Source of the DNA: Candidatus Roizmanbacteria bacterium RIFCSPHIGHO2_01_FULL_39_8
GTDB lineage: Bacteria; Patescibacteriota; Microgenomatia; UBA1406; GWC2-37-13
DNA: 33,446 bases
Direction of reading: 5' to 3'
NCBI GenBank assembly: GCA_001789355.1
Contig: MFZI01000023.1
Coordinates: 1 to 33,446 of the forward strand
Below the pieces are notes generated by a model. That model worked only from the letters and a program-made list of their open reading frames with translations, did no database searches and was not told the origin of the DNA. A program made the position numbers and the translations under genes. Below are positions 31,472 to 33,446 of this stretch, in pieces; positions within the stretch are counted from its first letter, which is position 1; every line of letters starts with the position of its first letter.

Positions 31472-32806
31472 TTAGATTTTAGAGTAAATGGATTTGAGAG
31501 CTTCTATCCCTTTCCAAAACATCTCTTCATCGATATTTTCGTTGGGAGAATGTGCTTTTTCATCAGGAAGAGTAAACCCAAAAAGAATCACCGGTTTGCC
31601 AAAATGACGCTGCAGGACTTCCGCCGCTCCTATCGATCCTCCTGTTCTATTGTATATGGTCTCATTTCCAAAAATTTCCTTTAGCTGAGCCGCAGTTTTC
31701 TTTACATGGGAATTATCCGTGTCTGTATAAAAAGGAACAAATTTTGCAACTGTCTTAAGGGTGTATTTCACTCCCCTAGGAATTGCTTTTTTTATGTATT
31801 TTTTTACCAAATGCTCAATTGTATCAGGATTTTGATTCTCTACTAATCGAAAGGAGAACTTTGCTTTTATCTCTTTTGGGATCACCGTTTTTGCCCCCAC
31901 TCCGGTATATCCTGATGTAATTCCATGAATATCGAAAGATGGATGAATCTTTGGCAACAAATATCCTTTCTCATGATTTGTTTCAATGATGGTAAATGTC
32001 TGCGCTTCTTTCTGGAGTTCTTTATTGCCTGTATAGGTTTTTTTTAACAATTCTCGTTCCTTCTCACCTATTTTTTTTACGCCATCGTAGAAGTGATCGA
32101 TCAAAATCCTTCCTGACTTGGTGTCTTTCATTTGGGAGATTAACTTTGAAAGAACGAGGATTGGATTAAGTACCGCATTGCCGTAAATACCCGAATGAAG
32201 ATCCCGCTCCCCGACGCAAAGTTTGATTTCAAAATAGACAAGACCTCGTAATGCATACATTATTTGAGGAACATTTTTTTTATGCATCCCCACGTCTGTT
32301 ACGTAAAAAACATCGACCTTTGACAGGGTTTTTTTTACACTCTGTATCATCTCTTCGAAGTGAAGGCTCCCCACTTCTTCTTCTCCCTCTAAAATGAATA
32401 CCACATTATTCTTCAGCTTGTTTGCGACTATAAGTTCTTTGATGGCATATATGTTCTGGATGACATGACCCTTGTCATCGGCCACTCCTCTTCCATATAG
32501 TTTTCCGTTTTGGGCGGTAAGTTCAAATGGTGGAGTTTTCCACTCATCTACCGGATCTTCCGGTTGAACATCGTAATGAGCATAGATTCCTATGGTCTTT
32601 CCTGCTTTTGAAGAATGTCTTGCTGCATAAAGAAGCGGCGGCGCATTATTTTTTTTGATCAGTCGTACCTCAAACTTCATCTTACGTAACTCCCTAGTCA
32701 ATAAATCAACCGCCATTGTAATTTGTTTTCGCCTTTTCGGATCAGCAGAAACGGATTGAATTGAAACAAAGTTGGAAAGAAGTTGTAGTGTCTTGTTTTT
32801 ATTCAT
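31472..32806 (-). CDS. M20 family metallopeptidase/dipeptidase (ArgE/DapE/ACY1/CPG2 type)
   Basis: YAHYDVQP, GRGVADDKG, ILEGEEEVGS, and HSPNENI near the C-terminus. Confidence 0.85.
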   Translation of the reverse strand: MNKNKTLQLLSNFVSIQSVSADPKRRKQITMAVDLLTRELRKMKFEVRLIKKNNAPPLLYAARHSSKAGKTIGIYAHYDVQPEDPVDEWKTPPFELTAQNGKLYGRGVADDKGHVIQNIYAIKELIVANKLKNNVVFILEGEEEVGSLHFEEMIQSVKKTLSKVDVFYVTDVGMHKKNVPQIMYALRGLVYFEIKLCVGERDLHSGIYGNAVLNPILVLSKLISQMKDTKSGRILIDHFYDGVKKIGEKERELLKKTYTGNKELQKEAQTFTIIETNHEKGYLLPKIHPSFDIHGITSGYTGVGAKTVIPKEIKAKFSFRLVENQNPDTIEHLVKKYIKKAIPRGVKYTLKTVAKFVPFYTDTDNSHVKKTAAQLKEIFGNETIYNRTGGSIGAAEVLQRHFGKPVILFGFTLPDEKAHSPNENIDEEMFWKGIEALKSIYSKI

Positions 32807-32898
32807 TTATCTGACTTGAGTCCAAATAAACTTCGAAGCGCGTTCACAATATGACTCAGAGCTCTACTGAACCAATTTTTATTTTCTCTTTCACTCAT
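32803..32898 (-). CDS. Possible 31-aa leader peptide/small ORF coupled to the M20 peptidase gene
   Basis: MSERENKNWFSRALSHIVNALRSLFGLKSDK. Its TGA overlaps the peptidase ATG (ATGA). It is not in the ORF track. Confidence 0.25.
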   Translation of the reverse strand: MSERENKNWFSRALSHIVNALRSLFGLKSDK

Positions 32899-32947
32899 AA
32901 GGGCTTAATTTTATCAAATTTAGATTGTTATAGCAGCAATAGGTTAT

Positions 32948-33415
32948 TTACTCAACTTTTTCGTAAAAATTAACCGTTGCCTTTCCCCATGTCATCGGAT
33001 ACTCCTCCATTTTCAAGAACTTAAAAAAAGCCGATTGGAATGTTTTGGTAACGAGGAGAACTTTTGCACCTTTCTTTAAGCTCATACATCTTCTCTCGAG
33101 CGCCGTCATGAGCTCATCATGGAAACAGGTCGAATGAGCAAATATCATATCAGCCGATGAGAAATCTTGTTCCAAAAAATCGCCGTGGAGAAAATCAAGA
33201 GTTTGCTGTTTTTTTGCATCCGGCAGAATCGGGCGAATGGCTTCTTCATAGCGACTCAGGATTTTTTTTGACTCAAGATATAAATCCTCTAACATCTCAA
33301 TCCCTATAATCTTGGTAAAGTTGCCAAAGAGTGAAGCGAGTACCACTCCTTTTCCCGTCCCCGATCCAAGATCATAAAAAGTTCCGGTAGAGACAATTTG
33401 GGGTTTAGATACTCC
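32948..33415 (-). CDS. Class I SAM-dependent methyltransferase, N-terminally truncated (no usable start before motif I)
   Basis: Motif I FYDLGSGTGKGVV lies upstream of the track start (GTG at 33346). The frame is closed by a TGA at 33416-33418, only 15 codons before motif I, with no ATG/GTG/TTG in between. Confidence 0.55.
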   Translation of the reverse strand, partial: GVSKPQIVSTGTFYDLGSGTGKGVVLASLFGNFTKIIGIEMLEDLYLESKKILSRYEEAIRPILPDAKKQQTLDFLHGDFLEQDFSSADMIFAHSTCFHDELMTALERRCMSLKKGAKVLLVTKTFQSAFFKFLKMEEYPMTWGKATVNFYEKVE

Positions 33416-33446
33416 TCCATTTTCAAGAACTTAAAAATGGAGGAGT
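33408..33446. repeat. Terminal foldback: a 30-nt direct copy of internal gene sequence plus a 13-bp perfect hairpin at the window end
   Basis: GATACTCCTCCATTTTCAAGAACTTAAAAA occurs at 32998-33027 and at 33408-33437. 33411-33446 reads ACTCCTCCATTTT-caagaactta-AAAATGGAGGAGT. Confidence 0.8.

Noticed and set aside
1-33446. Prophage, transposon, integron or toxin-antitoxin content.
   Set aside because: No integrase, transposase, recombinase, capsid, terminase or typical TA-pair ORFs could be recognised in any frame.

Overview
This is an AT-rich, tightly packed bacterial chromosomal segment. About 45 genes are supportable, and I saw no rRNA, CRISPR array, transposase or integrase. The mix of compact housekeeping genes, many orphan ORFs, several TrbC/VirB2-like 'T4SS pilin' paralogs and a self-splicing intron points to a Candidate Phyla Radiation/Patescibacteria-type genome; that placement is inference.

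Recognisable content:
- arsR, thioredoxin-like and permease triad (0.8-2.3 kb).
- metK behind a compact SAM-I-like riboswitch (7.2-8.4 kb).
- DEDDy exonuclease, YqeY and an FtsB-like gene.
- GT2 glycosyltransferase.
- comM/yifB next to three pilin-like genes (12.0-15.0 kb).
- A pyrimidine deoxynucleotide island of dcd, HD nucleotidase, thyA and folA, plus a DUF1599-like gene and an elongated Upp-like gene (15.0-19.3 kb).
- An orphan block with an OmpR-type winged-helix regulator and a 638-aa orphan (19.4-23.4 kb).
- A GT4 glycosyltransferase translationally coupled to a large secreted protein.
- tatD, rpiB, murI, a crp/fnr-family regulator, dprA, an M20 peptidase and a truncated methyltransferase at the window end.

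Most notable observations:
1. A tRNA(CAU) gene is interrupted in its anticodon loop by a 193-nt ORF-less group I intron. P1/P10 guide pairing and a P3-P9 core are readable directly.
2. The pilin-like family shares a near-identical about 100-aa C-terminal module. The same module is fused to a roughly 560-aa secreted protein whose reading frame is broken at a G8 homopolymer, which could be a phase-variation switch or a sequencing error.
3. A sigma-70-like protein carries five tandem excisionase-type HTH repeats.
4. Inverted repeats built from a short word repeated on one arm and its complement on the other recur in intergenic regions and, in frame, inside conserved enzymes.

All product calls come from motif reading by eye; no database search was run.
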